Shown in pieces: positions 38,640-52,130 of a stretch of DNA of 64,000 nt (its first letter is position 1; each line of letters opens with the position of its first letter). The notes below the pieces were generated by a model. The model did no database searches, had not been told where the DNA came from, and saw only the letters and a program-made list of their open reading frames with translations. The DNA is from Vicugna vicugna (Eukaryota): contig MU058337.1 in assembly GCA_013265495.1 (NCBI GenBank), positions 4,148,880 to 4,212,879 of the forward strand, written 5' to 3'. Position numbers and translations under genes: made by a program.

Positions 38640-39005
38640 AAACATCTCGTTTACCCTCAGGCACCAAAAACTTGATTTTTAAACTCCAGGAATCTAGGTG
38701 GGGCCATGTGACTAGTTCTAGTCAATGGAATGTGAACAGATTTGGTGGTTTTATGCCTGGTCCCTAAAAGGTCTCCCCCATTCTCTTCAACTCTCTTCCC
38801 GTCCATGGTGATTTGAAGATCATATGTTAAGGATGATGGCAGCCCAAAAACAGGTGCCTGTAAGGCGCCCCCGACCCCACACTGCCCCACCACCCCCTCC
38901 CAACACCAAACTGGACTGCGATATTAGGAGACACTTGATTTTTACAGTTTAAGGCACTGAGATTCCCCAGCTTATTTGGAGTTGGGGTGTAAACTACTTC
39001 AGTCT
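38640..39005 (+). mobile_element. Old MaLR LTR (MLT1J/K-like)
   Basis: 'ctaggtggggccatgtgactagttctagtcaatggaatgtga...tttaaggcactgagatt'. Confidence 0.7.
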
Positions 39006-39134
39006 GACAGGGCAGACAGAAACTAATTTGATAGCCTTTTAGAAATGAGGAAACTAGGATTCTGAATCGTAAATGGCATCCAAATGCACGTGGTTAATAA
39101 GCAGGACTGCCAACTAACTCGGGCCTCTACTTTC

Positions 39135-39800
39135 TGTGACGGTTCCTTTCATATGCAACTTGGCTGTGCTGAGGGAAACGCAGATAGCTGCTGAACATTG
39201 TGTCTGGGTGTGTCTGCGAGGGTGTCTATGTAAGAGATGAACATTTGTATTGAAGTCTCATCAGTTTACAATGTTGTGTCAGTTTCTGGTGCACACCGTC
39301 ATGTTTCAGTCACACGTGTGCCTATGTACATTCCTTTTCATGTTCTTTTTCATTATAAGTTACTACAAGGTATTGAATACAGTTCCCTGTGCTGTACAGT
39401 AGGACCTTGATGTTCATCTATTTTATATATAGCAATTAGTATCTGCAAATCTCAAGATCCCAATTTATCCCTTCCCACTCCCTTTCCCCACTGGTAACCA
39501 TAATGAACACTTGAATCAACAGACTGAGTAAAGATTAACTGCACCAGTGCAGGTGTGCCTCATCCAATTTTTTGAGAACCTGAACAGAACAAAAAGGTGG
39601 AGGAAGAGTGAGTTTGCTCTGTTGGAGCCAAGACATCTATCCTCTTCTGTTCTTGGATGTCAGTGCTCCTGGCTTTCAGGCCTTCCAGACTGACTAGGAC
39701 TGGGACTCACCCCACCAGCTTGCCTTCTTCTCCGATCAGCAGATGGCACATCATGGGATATCTCAGCCTCCTTAGCCGTGTGAGCCAATTCCTACGATAA
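39135..39800 (+). mobile_element. ERVL LTR (MLT2B/C/D-like), interrupted by L1
   Basis: Starts 'tgtgacggtt...caacttggctg'; 'ctgggtgtgtctgcgagggtgt'; 'gaacagaacaaaaaggtggaggaag'; 'tcagcctcc...gtgagccaattcc'. Confidence 0.85.
39247..39502 (-). mobile_element. 5'-truncated camelid/cetartiodactyl-type L1 3' end nested in MLT2
   Basis: 'aatacagttccctgtgctgtacagtaggacctt...tctattttatatatag...ctggtaaccat'; TSD atgaacattt (39237-39246) / atgaacactt (39503-39512). Confidence 0.88.
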
Positions 39801-39859
39801 CACACTTTCACATCATTTAAACATCCCATCTCATCATCCAGCTTTCCTCCACTGATGCA

Positions 39860-40235
39860 ATGATGCCCCTCGGGCCTCACCAAACACCAGCCGAACTGAA
39901 ATGCTTTCTGCTCCCCAAACACACAGCCCACATCCCCACCCCCAGCCTTTGTCCATAGTGCTGCCCGTGTGGAATGCTCTTCCCTCATCTACGTGCTTCA
40001 CAAAACTATCCATCAAAGCCTGACTCAAACTGCCTCTGTAGGAAGCTGTCCCTGATGCCCCTGAACAGAGAAATCCTCACCTCTGTGTTCGTATAGCATC
40101 GTGGCTCTCTCCTATTCTCTTATGCTGTCACTCATCTGCACATGTTCTCTCTCCCATTAGACCAAAAGCTTTTCAAGGACAGAGACCATGTCTTACTCTT
40201 CGTGGTAGAACCCATTTAATGAATGTTTGAATTTA
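39860..40235 (+). mobile_element. L2 fragment
   Basis: 'tggaatgctcttccct...aaagcctgactcaaa...cccattagaccaaaagcttttcaaggacagagaccatgtctt'. Confidence 0.65.
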
Positions 40236-42391
40236 GTTAAATTCACATTTTAAAACCTTTATAAATTTTAGTATATTTTCTACTTCTATGAATTATTTTA
40301 AGCAATCCCATCCCCAAGACATAACATACAAGATATCATGACTTTTTTTTAAAAGGTTACCTTAGTAGTTACATTTTAAAGGCAAAAGAATCAAAAAAGA
40401 CCCCATAGGCAGCATTGGATTTGTGTTGCCTTGCTCATAAGTCACTCACTAATCATGATGAAGGAATAAATGTAGTGGTTTAACTGTTTAATCTACCATC
40501 AGTTTGCACAGGGACCTTGCAGTGAGTGTCAACAAGTCACTTCTGATAGTCACTTCTGATAATATGTGCAAAGAATCTTCTGGACATGGTGTCCCCTTTG
40601 ATCTCCTCTTTAAATACAAGACGTTAGTTCTGGTTTTTAAATTGTACTTTGACATCCTCTGATCTCCTCTAGTGAGCCACCTGGTTCTATAAGGCTTCAC
40701 CTCATGTTTCAGAAATGAACCCGCAGTGTCTGTGCTAACCAGAGGCGGACTTAGGAAGTCCAAACAGTGGAGCAGACTATTAACAAGCAGTTGCTCTTGC
40801 TTCACTTTTGTTCCCACAACCCAATTTACTTCAGCAGCTTTTGCCTACTTAAAAAAAAAATTACGTGAATGAGAATACGTCTTTAAAAATGAATCGCTTC
40901 TAAATAAACCTTAGATGCAGTTAGAATGAGGCTACTTATCATGGAGAGCTGCGTCTCCTTCCATTTGGCGCTAGTGACAAAGGTTAAAGATGCCCTCCTA
41001 TAAAATACCACGTAATTAAACAAAGCAGTTTTGTAATTAGCCACTACACAACTGGATAAACTCCAAGTTTCATAACTCAACTTACAGATGATCCACTTGT
41101 ACAAAAAAAGTCCAAAGGGTAAAAGACTAGAATTTCTCTTTGTTCAGCTGCTCTTCTAAAACAAAATTTAAAGTAACAAAGAGCAAACAGTTTTCTGCCC
41201 CTTGTAGTTCCCTCCTCAAGTAACATAGATGCATAGATACGCGTATAGAACGGCAGGCTTCCTGCTTGAGACTTGCTAAAACCCAGTACCAGAAACGAGA
41301 AATAGAAGTGGTACCCAGCCTACTGAAAACTCAACCCCCATTGTCAACGGGTGCAAGAATAATGCCTAAGGACAAGCTGAGGGAACTCATTATAATAATC
41401 TGATAGAGACAAAACTCTGTCAAAGGCAAACCTCTGTTTCCCAGCAGAATCAAATTACATGCTATCCAGGCCAGTCTCCACTGCACCAGCTTCTCTGTGT
41501 TGAGCTTCTAGAAGTTTCGATCCAAACTGCACATTCTCCCCTCAATTCCTCAGCGTACCAAGGGGACGGGCTCTCTCACCAAGCTCCAGATAAATGTCCC
41601 GTTACCTCAGGGTCGAGCTTCACTTCCCTGTCACACCAAGATGGAGGGCACTGCCTGTGGGTAATTCTATAGAAGGAATCCATTATGCACAATTCAGTAC
41701 ACTCTGACTTTACCAAAAATAAAATCTTTTTTAAAAACCACCCCTCAGAATTTCCAGGTCACTGGATGAATTTCAAAATCACAGTGATGACCAAGTACTT
41801 TCATCAAATATCCATGATACACCTTAGGCATTTTGCTGAGTGCCAACCCTAATACCTTGGCCAAATTTCACCTTTGAGAAGGTACCTTGGTTAATTATTT
41901 AGTTGTTTTACTTTGAAAGTAGTATTCTTGCTTTAGGCTCAGATCATTTCCTCACAGCACTGTGAATAAATGTCCCCAGATTCCAGAAGATTTGGGTAGA
42001 GTTTCTATAAACAAAAAAATCTAAAAAATGATGACATCGGTTGAAGTTGCATTCAGATTTCACTATGAAAGCATGATAACAAGTTTTCCAGAAGGACACG
42101 GTTACCTTCTGGAACACTGCAAAACAGAACACGTTAACTAATGATTCAGAGTCCAAGTTCAATGCCCTCTGGGGACTCAACCCCTGGTCTGAGCATTCAG
42201 ACAAAGGAAGAACAAGGGTTATTATATGAATACAGTGGTCCAGGCAACGTGGCCTGGGTTTGTCTTTCAGCCTCCTCTCTGAGTTTTGGTATAAAAATAT
42301 AGGACTAAATAATCTGATCTCTCCACAAATTGAACACCCAGTATAAATTTCAACTGGAAAACCACTTGGAGCAATAAGCAGAGAGCATAGA

Positions 42392-42595
42392 TTTTATATA
42401 TCACTTATTATGCTAGATACTTTTCTAGATGTTTTATAAAAATTATCATTTTTAATCCCCATAGCAAGCCTTTTTTATCTTTGCATGAGAAAGTTGAGTT
42501 TCTGAGAATTTAAGTGACTTTGTCAAGGTCACCCAGAGAGGAAGTAATATAACTGAACATCTGTCTCCAGAGCCCATGGTCTTTCTACCAAGGCA
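42392..42595 (-). mobile_element. MIR SINE
   Basis: 'atcatttttaatccccatagcaa...ttaagtgactttgtcaaggtcaccca'. Confidence 0.7.
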
Positions 42596-43333
42596 TTGCT
42601 ACCTTCATGAATTTTAAGTTCAAAATGCTGATTTTATGTTTCTTAACCTCTAAACCTTACTCTCCTTTGTCTGTAAAATTGTAACATTCCCAAGGTCACA
42701 CATGGCTGATGACTGGCCACGGCGGGATTTGAACACTGGGTTTATATCTCTTTCCAATGTACCACCTTCAAAAGAAACCAAACAATTGGTCTTCCTCTGC
42801 CAATTCTTTTCCTCCTTCAGTGTCCTCCTTCTCAAAACTTGGGGACCATGTTGAAGACACATGTCTTCTCAGTGGTACACCTCCTGCACATCAAAAAGAC
42901 CTGGCAATTCTACCCTGGAAATAAAACCCATCACTCCTCTCCACCTCCATCCCCAACCCTAGGACTAGTTGCTGTCATCTCCAGCTGAGACTAGGTGACT
43001 TCCCTCATCCACCCGATCCCTCCAGTAGAGTCAGAAGGACCTTCTGGAAATAGAAATCAGGCCGTTTTACCACAGTACGTAAAGCCCTTGGGCTACTTCC
43101 GATTTCAAGATGACCCCATCACTTCTCACATACTCTCCTCCACATGCTTCACTCACTCATTCTGTTCTTCAAGGGTGTGGAGTCCTTTTACACTCTGGAA
43201 CTTCATACCTGCTACTCCTTCTGCCTGGAGCGCTCTCACTCTTCCATCATTCCACCTGTAGACTTGCCTCGCTGGAGATGGTTGCCTTGCTCGTCCACTC
43301 CCAGTTAAACTGGGTTCCCCCTCTCAGCTCCCT

Positions 43334-43730
43334 GTGTTAGTTAGGGCTGGGCAAAGCTGCAATAACAAAGAGATCCAAAGAAATGATGGATAAAACAAGG
43401 TAGAAGTTCGCTTTCTCCGTCACTTAGCCCAACTCCATAAGGGAGATTCTGTCCTCCTCAAAGTGTGCTTCCCTCTTGGGCTCCGAGGCCACCATTTCCG
43501 GTCTCATCATCTTCCAGCAGGAAGGGGGAAAAGGGCCAAGGGAGTGGTTCCTTTTCAGGGCACTCCCCAGAAGAGGTAAAATTCAGTTCTGTTCAGATAC
43601 TGTTGAGCAGAACTTAGGAATTTGGACAAGCTATAAGAGATAATAAATCTTTGGTTGTGTTCCCCTGAAGACTCAGGCATTCTATTATGAAAGGCAGGCA
43701 GAATGGACGTTGGTGGGGGAAAAAAAGCAG
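43334..43730 (-). mobile_element. Old MaLR LTR (MLT1K/L-like)
   Basis: 'tgtgttagttaggg...agctgcaataacaaagagatcc...aaacaaggtagaagtt'. Confidence 0.55.
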
Positions 43731-44021
43731 CTTCTATACTTTCTTTTCACAAGACTTATTTCAATTAAGAATTACATATTTATTCGATTCATGATTTGTT
43801 CAATGTCTGTCTTCTCTTGGACCATAAGCTTGATAAGAGAGAAGCATTCTAGCTGTTGGGAAATAACACAGTTCCTAGAATATATAAGATAAACCATAAA
43901 TATTTCATAATTGACTGAGTAGACAAGAGTTCTTTAAGAATTGTGTCAACTATATGTCTATCTCCCTCTAAATATATATTTCTCTAAGTATATATTCCTA
44001 AATATATACTCTAAATATATA

Positions 44022-44351
44022 TAGTTAGCATTCTGTAACCACAGGTCCAACCAACCACAGATTGAAAATATTCAAAAAGAAAAATAGTTCCAGAAAGTTC
44101 CAAAAAAGCAAAACTTGCTCTCCCAGCAATTATTAAGGTATTATTTACACTGTATATACAACTATTTGCATATCGTTTACATTGTATTAGGTATTATAAG
44201 TAATCTAGAAATGATTTAAAGGACACAAGAGGTTATATGCAAATACTATGCCACTTTATGTAAGGGACTTGAGCATCCGTGGATTTTGATATCCATAGGG
44301 GTCCTGGAACCAGTCTCCAGATTGGTCCCCAGTTATCAAGGGATGACTGTA
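44022..44351 (-). mobile_element. Tigger-family MITE (MER2/MER2B-like)
   Basis: 'caaccaaccacagattgaaaatattc...ggtattataagtaatctaga...aagggacttgagcatccgtggattttg...agggatgactgta'; reverse complement resembles 62505-62826. Confidence 0.88.
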
Positions 44352-45343
44352 CCCTAAATATATATATACTCTCAATATGTATTCCCTGTAAGATAAAATA
44401 CATACTCTGCATGTATGGATATGTGTGTGTCCATTGGCACTGCCAACTCCTGTGCTGTCTCTGGTTTTCAAGACCCATTTCTTCCTTAAACATCTTATCT
44501 GGAGCTTATAACCCTCCACCAACAGTGTTTTCTTCATTTAGTATTGCAGTTGTCACTGCTAATCCACTGCCCTTTGTTCTTAAAATTCTTCCTGCTTTGG
44601 TTTCCCCCTGTTAACCAATGTTACTTCTGACCTCCTAACCAAATAGGCTAGTCATCCTTCTTTCCATTCCTTGACCACAGTGAGGCTCTTCTCATTGATC
44701 CCAATTCCTTCTTTCATTTCACAACTACTTGAATATCTACTCTGTTTACTCTGCTGGTCACCAAAAATACAAAAATATATAACGTTATCTCATTTCCCTA
44801 AGAAATCTCAAAGTCTATTTGAGAGACAGACAAGAAGAATAATTCCCATGCAATGGAACACGTGTTATCAAATAGATATGCTTAGAAAACTACGAGAACA
44901 CATTTATTGAGCACCTGCTGTTATCTCATTGCATCTGATATTATCATCATCAGATCAGCTGAACTTTAAAGATAAGGAAACTGAGGCTTAGAGAGTTCTT
45001 ACTTGCAAAGTAATTTGCCCGAAGTCACATTTTGGAAGTGAGAAAGTAGAACTGCCAATTCAAAATTACCTGATAAGGCCCTCACCCTTTTTCCCTTTGA
45101 CAAGCTCTAAGGCAATTCTACTCTATACTCTGTTCTAATGCAAGTTCTTCTTGTATGATGGTTCCCAGTTCTGCCTCTTCTCCTTGTCCACAAGTGCCCA
45201 GCTCCAGCCAGGCCCCGAAAGCGTCCTCGATACTTGAGCGTAATGGCCTCCCAAATTCTCTGCCTCAGCGGAGGAACCTTGTCAGAACAGGAGGCCCTAC
45301 TGGAGGGGAGGCAGAACAGAGAAAGAACGCCTGTGTTTGCAGG

Positions 45344-45985
45344 TGTGCCAGTTATATATTGCTGCAAACCACCCCATAACTTTATGGGTTAAAACAACAA
45401 TGTATTATCATCTGTTGTGGTTCTGAGGGTTGACTGGCCTCAGCCGGGTGGTTCCTGCTGCATTCTAAGAGGCTAGGGAGAAAGTTTTAGGCTTCTTTTG
45501 ATCTAGCCTTGTAATCCCCAGAATGTCACTTCTGCTCAATTCAGATAAATCCAAGTCAAAAACATCAGTCCAGATTCCAGGGGAGGCAAATTAGATTCTA
45601 GAAAACAAATGATGGTTACCAAAGGGGAAAGGGTGGAGAGGGACAAATTAGTGGTTGGGGATTAACAGACACACATTACTATATATAAAATAGATAAACA
45701 GCAAGGACCTACTGTATAGCACAGGGAACTATATTCAATTTCTTGTAATAAGATACAATGGAAAATAACATGAAAAGAAAAATATATATATGTATATATG
45801 TATGAAAAGAATATGAAAAGAAAAATATATATATGTATGTATATGTATAACTGAATCACTTTTCTGTACACCTGAAACTAACATTGTAAATCAACTATAC
45901 TTTAGTTTAAAAGAAATTAAAATTTAAAAAAAATAGACTCTACTTTTCCATGAAAGAAGTAGCAAAAACTCGGTGACCTTCTTAA
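45344..45985 (-). mobile_element. Old MaLR LTR, interrupted by L1
   Basis: 'tattgctgcaaaccacccc...ttaaaacaacaatg...tgtcacttctgc...ccagattccagggga'. Confidence 0.6.
45601..45929 (+). mobile_element. 5'-truncated cetartiodactyl-type L1 3' end
   Basis: 'atggttaccaaaggggaaaggg...aaaatagataaacagcaaggacctactgtatagcacagggaactatattcaa...aaatcaactatac'; TSD aaattagattcta (45588-45600) / aaaatagactcta (45930-45942). Confidence 0.9.
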
Positions 45986-45999
45986 CCAGTCTCATGGGA

Positions 46000-46210
46000 A
46001 ATAAGACTTGGGTCCAAATCCCAGCTTTGCCACCTACTAGCTGTGTGGCCTTAAGCCAGTAACTTAACCTCTCTGCAATAGTGTTCTTACCTGTAAAATA
46101 TTGAAAAGAGTATCTCCCTGGGTTGCTGTGAGAGGCAAATGAAATCCAATGTGTGAAGTGCCATGTACCAGGCAAGTAGGTGCTCAGTACATGTCAGTAT
46201 TCATTCCCCA
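46000..46210 (+). mobile_element. MIR SINE
   Basis: 'gggtccaaatcccagctttgccacctactagctgtgtggcctt...acttaacctctctg...gtaggtgctcagta'. Confidence 0.85.
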
Positions 46211-46494
46211 TCATGATCCACCCTCACTCCCAAGCAGGTGGCAAAATCATATCCAGAAACATTTGTTAAATGAATGATTGAAACTGTGCAATTCATAGAG
46301 CTTCCAAAGGAAACTTCCAGCACACTGTTCATCTTGTCACTCTCATGCTTAGGAATGCAGACAACCTTTCAATTGCTACACGGAGTAACCCAAAGTTCCT
46401 GGCTCGGCATTCAGGACTCTGGGACCTCCCACCCTCTGCCACCCTGTGACAGACCTCACAGCCCTCCTGCTAACGCAGAGCAACCCGACACGTA

Positions 46495-47888
46495 GCAAGT
46501 GCTTACAGATACCCCTTGCTGGAACAGGAACCGACTGCAGGAGCCCCCAGTGGACAAAGTTACAGCAATCCGAGCAACTGAATGAATAAAGTAGTATTGG
46601 ATTATAACCCAAGGTATAAAATAAATACTCATGCATCCATACAGACATAAATAAATAACTGAATAAATCAGTAAATGGGGGAGAAGAGACAAGTGCAAAT
46701 ATCTTGTGCAGAAGAATTTCAAATAATTTTTATAAATACTCCTCCCTCAAGAGGTAACTCCCCATTCTTTAACCCTGGGCTGCACCTAGTGACTTCCTTC
46801 CAAAGAATACAGTGCGGAGCTGGAGAAACCTGACAATCACTGCCTCAGCCGGGCGACCAAGGCCAACATCAGTAGGCTGATGCTGTGGACTCTTGGTGTG
46901 ATGTGGTGCTAACAGGACTTCACTTCTGTGCTCTTCCTCCCCAAATCCATCACCCCAGTCTAACCACGAGAGAAACATCACAACATCCTAACTGAGGAAT
47001 GAGCACTTGACCACTACTCCTTAAAATTCTCAAGGTCATCAATAGCAAGGACAGCCTGAGAAACTGTCACAACCAAGAGGAGCCTAAAGACACATGACAA
47101 CTAAATAGATGTGGCATCCTAGTGAGATCCTGGCCCAGGAAAAGGACATTAGGTTAAAAACTAAGGAAATCTGAATAAACTATGGCCTTGAGTCATAATA
47201 ATGTATTAATATTGGCTCATTAATTGTAATTGCAACAAATGCATCATAGTGATTTCAGATGTTAACAACAGGAGAAACTGGGTGAAGAGTCAGGCTGTCC
47301 TCGACTTACCATGGGGTTATGTCCCAATAAACCCATCCTAAGTTGAAAATATTGTAAGTCAAAAATGTATTGAACACATCTAACTTACCAAACATCATAG
47401 CTTAGTCTAGCCCACCCTAAATGTGCTCAGAATACTTACATTAATGTAGAGGTGGGCATAACCAACCAACACAAAGCCTATTTCATAATAACGTGTTGAG
47501 TATCTCATATAATGTATTGAATACTGTACTGAAAGTGAAAAGCAGAATGGTTGCCTGGGCCCAGAGTGGCTGTAAGTGTATTGGTTGCTGACCCTTGTGA
47601 TCGCGTGGCTGACTGGGAGCTGCGGCTCACTGTCTCCACCCAGCATCACAAGAGAGGATGCGACCACATGTCCCTAACCTGGAAAGACATCAAGATTCAA
47701 AATTCGAAGTACAATTTCTGCTGAATGCATATTGCTTTTGCACCATCGTAAAGTTAAAACATCATTAAGTCAAGCCATTGTTGGATGGGGCTCATCTGTA
47801 TAGTGAAAATCGCTATATTGTCTTTCCAATTTTGTATAAATCTAAAATTGTCCTAAAATCTAAGTTTCTATTGGGAGAAAAAAAAAAC
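46495..47888 (+). mobile_element. L1MC-like 3' UTR, interrupted by a Tigger element
   Basis: 'gtgcagaagaatttcaaataattt', 'gggctgcacctagtgacttccttccaaagaatacagt', 'ggaaaaggacattagg...aaggaaatctgaataaa', A tail at ~47880. Confidence 0.8.
47291..47798 (-). mobile_element. Tigger5-family element (MER47-like)
   Basis: 'tcctcgacttaccatggggttatgtcccaataaacccatc...tgaatgcatattgcttttgcaccatcgtaaagt...catctg' followed by TA. Confidence 0.8.
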
Positions 47889-50800
47889 TAGCCTTTGCTA
47901 AACACTGTCCTCCTTTCCACTGCACAGAAAAGACCGATGCCTTCTGCAGCCCTATCATAGTGGTCAAGGCAGGGGAGGCTCAGATCCTGGAAGTTCCTGT
48001 GTCTGAGCTGAGTTGGAGTGTGGGCTCCACAATCCGGAATCACATCTCCATCCTAATCCAGCCCACTTCCCCCCTGCATACCTTTTGTTCATGGCACAAC
48101 CGTCTCCCAGTTCCCTAAGTTCAAGACTTCAGGGTCAGCCACTCACTTTTTTATCCCGTTTTCTAAGCCCCGTTGCTTCTAACTCATAATTTTATCTCAA
48201 ATCCAGGTCATCAACTCAACACCATGGTCTTAGTTCAGGTCCTCAACACCCATCATCCACACCCCTTTGTAATTCTCCCTACTCCCAGCCTCTCTCCAGT
48301 TTCAATCTGTCCTCCAAGGTCACCAGAGCTAGCTTCTCCAAACATATTTTTGACCATGCTAACCCTGCTTTAAAGTTTCCCACTCCTTTCAGACAGAATG
48401 CACACTTACTAGCACCTATAGATGGTTCTTTACCATCTGACCTCGGACCCCAACTCACATTTCCACTTTCCTTCCCCACCGCTCCCTCTGACACCCCTTA
48501 CGCTGAAGTCACACCAGCTTGCCACTGCACTTCACGAATACATCCTGGACTGTCAGGGCTTCACGCCTCGGCAGGTCCCTGGAGCCTTGACAGGGGTGCT
48601 CATGTCATCCCCTTCCTACGATCCTTCACTCAGTGACCCCTCATTCCTCAAACCCCATGGCAGAGGTTACCTCTTCTCAAAGCTTTCTCTCACTCCTGCA
48701 GACAGTCCCCCTTCCAGCACAACCCATGTGTGATTAACCTGATTTCCACAAGAAGAATCTCGCATATGTGAGGACCACCTGCCACCACCTATGTCCTCCA
48801 TGCCTCCTTTCCGTGCTGGGTACCCAGTGAATGTGCACTGCATGCTTCCACTTGTCAACTCCCCACATCCCCTCTGGGCCACACGCCCAAGTCCTCTTGC
48901 CCCCACACCACCTCCGCCTCCCACCCCCATCAGAACCTTCTTTCCCAGGTGACCACGTCCCTGTTCGCTCAGCTGAGGGTCAGCCAGGACTGCCAACAGC
49001 AGGACTAGGAAAGAATTGGCACCTTGAGATTAGCCACAGACAGAAGCCCGGGAGGCAATCCAGCTGGTGACTGTCTCTCTTCTCCTGGTAAGGTAATTTC
49101 CCCACACCCCTGTTACATCCAGCCAGCTCAAGGTGGAGCAGCTGCAGCCCTCACGGGGACAGGGGAAACCATTTGCTTTTCCTAATAACTAGAGTATCCC
49201 AGCGCTTCCTCCCCGACTAGTCAGAGTTACAGATTCCAACAGAGAGCACAGGAGTGCCCCTGCCCAGTCCGGAGCCCACGAGCTCGTGTCCCACTAGCCT
49301 GCCTGACATGTCACAGTCTCTTCCTGGCCCTCGGAGTCGATGAAACACTCCCTCAAAGCAGGTCTGAAAAAGGAGTCATGAATGCCTAGAAACCAAATCC
49401 ATAAGAGAGGAAATCATCAAATAAATTTCCTCAATCACACGGAAACTCAAACATGTTCACAAACATTGGTGCTCAAAAGTAAGTAAGCTTAAAAATTGGA
49501 CCCCTGACCACTGACTACCAAGTGACTGTCAAAGCCTGCATGCACAGATTATTCCCCAAAGCTGTTTTTAGAGAAATCTATCTGTGATGACAGGAAACCC
49601 TTTTCTTTGTTTTTATACAATTGGTCTAATAATTTGAATTATAAAGCACATGAGTTTTTTCCCTCTTGTTTTCTGTTGGTTTTACATATATATTATCTCT
49701 TCTCCTAAATAGCAATTCTTCTTATTCTTCAAAGCACATAAGGCCAACAACGGGGGATGGAGGGGTGGAGTTTGGCACGAAATTACCAGAGACCAGTACT
49801 TCCACTTGGGGCCCAGCTCTGCTGCATATCAGTAAAGTCCCTCCCTTGCTGAAAGGCGCTCAGTTTTTTCCACTGGGACCTAGACCTGTTCTCCGTGACC
49901 CTGATAACACTCACATAGTTCTGTCCCCAAAGTTGAAATTCAGTGAATGTTAAATGTTAGCATTGTTTTATGCTACAAGTTTCTTAAAGGTTTTAAATCA
50001 ACTTTTATAAATAAGTATGCCAATGTCAAAGAGCATCATCTATATATCAATCAGGATCAAAATCAGAAATACTACAGCTGTTTATTTCAACAGGTTCTAC
50101 ATTGGATCATTAGGCAGCAGGAATGTAAAAAGTCGCCCTTTTTTTTTTTTTTTTTTTTTGCTGTCATTCTCCAAACTGATATTTGCATCCGAGTTAGCAG
50201 CTGATAACAGAGAGATTATGAAAATTCTGGCTAAAATTAAAATGCCAAAACTGGGTCTTCTGGATAATGAGAAAGTGATTGCCTCTATTGCCGAAGAGGA
50301 AATGAAAACAACTATAGAGAAATTTGCAAGTAGCCAGCCTCCTGCGGTGATGAACCAACGTTGAACAGGATAACGCTTTTGAGGGAGAATCAAAAGATCT
50401 GTTATGCAGGATTCATGAGGACTGTCCACTTAGGAGACCCATGAAAACCCCAATGCAGAGCCTTTGTTCCTGTAATCTGTCAAATTTACCAACATTGGTC
50501 CTGTTTGCTTAATTAACTGCACTAGAAGAAAAAGGAAAAAAAAAAGCCCTCCAGGTAGGAACTGAGCGAAATAATTCAGCTTGAGATGGGTAGTGGTTTC
50601 TTACCTGGCTGCTCTGACTGTACGTGCAAAATTTCTAATTTGCAAGTGGCAGCAAATAGATCTAGACCAACTTAGGAATGTGCACAGAAGCCTTTATCAT
50701 GCGGAAGGGAGATATTTACAAAGGCTTTTAAACAGATTTCGTTTTCCAGAACTTTAGTAAACGAAATACAAAACCTGAGCCCCTTCGTGAGCGCATCAGT

Positions 50801-51568
50801 TAGTTACCAGGAAGCGTGCTTCGTTCTCCGTGGGAAGAAACGAGGGGTGTATAGGTGCCTCCTTGCTTCAGTTCAACTGTTGACAAAAGAAGTTTACGTT
50901 CAATTCAGTTGTGAAGTGATTCAAGGTAAAAGTTAAGTCATCCATCCTCGGTTCACAGTTACATGTTCATTCCACTTTTCAGATTACTTGTAAAACCTGG
51001 CCTCACCAAAGCCCCCGGCATCTGCAAGTGAACACTTAGAGAAAAGAAAAGCAAAGACAAAGAGCAACTTTAAAGTTGCTTTTAAAGGTAAAGAATAAAA
51101 TCCAAATCTCTTCAGCTAGAGGGAACTTTCTTTGACAGATAGTATTCAGATAACCCTTAAAACCTCTGCAGTTGATCAGTTATCCATTCTCTTTGGTTGT
51201 TCTCAGACGACGGCCCCACACTCCCTGTGAGCGAAGGGAAAGAGAATATTTCGTGTTCTTTCAGTTGCTTCTGAAATTATTCTAGGAGACAACGCAGGCA
51301 CACTGCCCGGCGTTCCCCTGAGAGGGACCTGGCTGTGGTGCCACCAGCGTCCCCCATTCCTCAGCACCTTGTGCTCTGCTTGACCTGAAAAGTCCTTGAT
51401 GCCAGTGAATGACTCAGAGTGCAGGTTCTACTTAAGGCAAGATTTTCCAGACTGGAGAGCTTATTTGACTCAAAACATTTATTTCCTTTCCTGTTTGTAC
51501 AATTACTGAGCCATGTTACTTCCCAATGAAGTAAAACGTAACAATAGCGTGTTAGACAGTCAGGAATT

Positions 51569-52130
51569 GGAACCCCCTGTGTTGACTGCAGCATTCGTTA
51601 CAACAGCTAAGACACAGTAGCGACCTAAGTGTCCACTGATGGGTGAATGGATAAAGAAGATGTGGCATATATACGTATGTGCATATATTCCTATATAAGG
51701 GACATGGAGGTACCGTAAGGGCATTATGCTAAATGAAGTAAGTCAGACAAAGACAAATACCATGTGATCTCACTTACATGTGGAATCTAAAAACAAACAA
51801 ACCAGAGCTCACAGATACAGAGAACAGATTGGCAGTTGCCAGGGAATAGCGGCTGAGTGAAATGAGTAAACAGAGTCAAAAGTACAAACTTCTAGTTATA
51901 AAATAAATAAACATGATGACTATAGTTAATAATGTATATTTGGAAGTTGCTGAGAGTAGATCTTAAAAGTTCTCATCACAAGAAAAACAATTTATAATCA
52001 TGTGCAGTGACGGATGTTAACTAGACTTGTTGTGGTGAGCATTTTGCAATATACACATACATCAAATCATTGTGCTACGTGCCTGAAACGAATATGATGT
52101 GATGTGTCAATTATACCTCAATTTAAAAAG
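51569..52130 (+). mobile_element. L1 3' end (L1MA9-like)
   Basis: 'acctaagtgtccactgatgggtgaatggataaagaagatgtgg...gagtagatcttaaaagttctcatcacaagaaaa...gtcaattatacctcaat'; TSD agtcaggaatt at 51558-51568 and 52131-52141. Confidence 0.9.

Noticed and set aside
40488..40817. 109-aa minus-strand ORF
   Set aside because: Non-ATG start, contains a 13-bp tandem duplication that would shift frame relative to the ancestor, and no recognisable homology.
50017..50429. Overlapping +/- ORFs, the plus one with protein-like text (ADNREIMKILAKIKMPKLGLLDNEKVIASIAEEEMKTTIEKF)
   Set aside because: Both run through a T22 tract, the potential donor (GCG|gtgatg) is poor and I recognise no homologue. Worth a BLAST but not supportable as a CDS.
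51063..51080. Perfect 18-bp palindrome AGCAACTTTAAAGTTGCT
   Set aside because: About 0.2 or more such palindromes are expected by chance in 64 kb (64000 x 4^-9, more in AT-rich DNA), and it has no supporting context.
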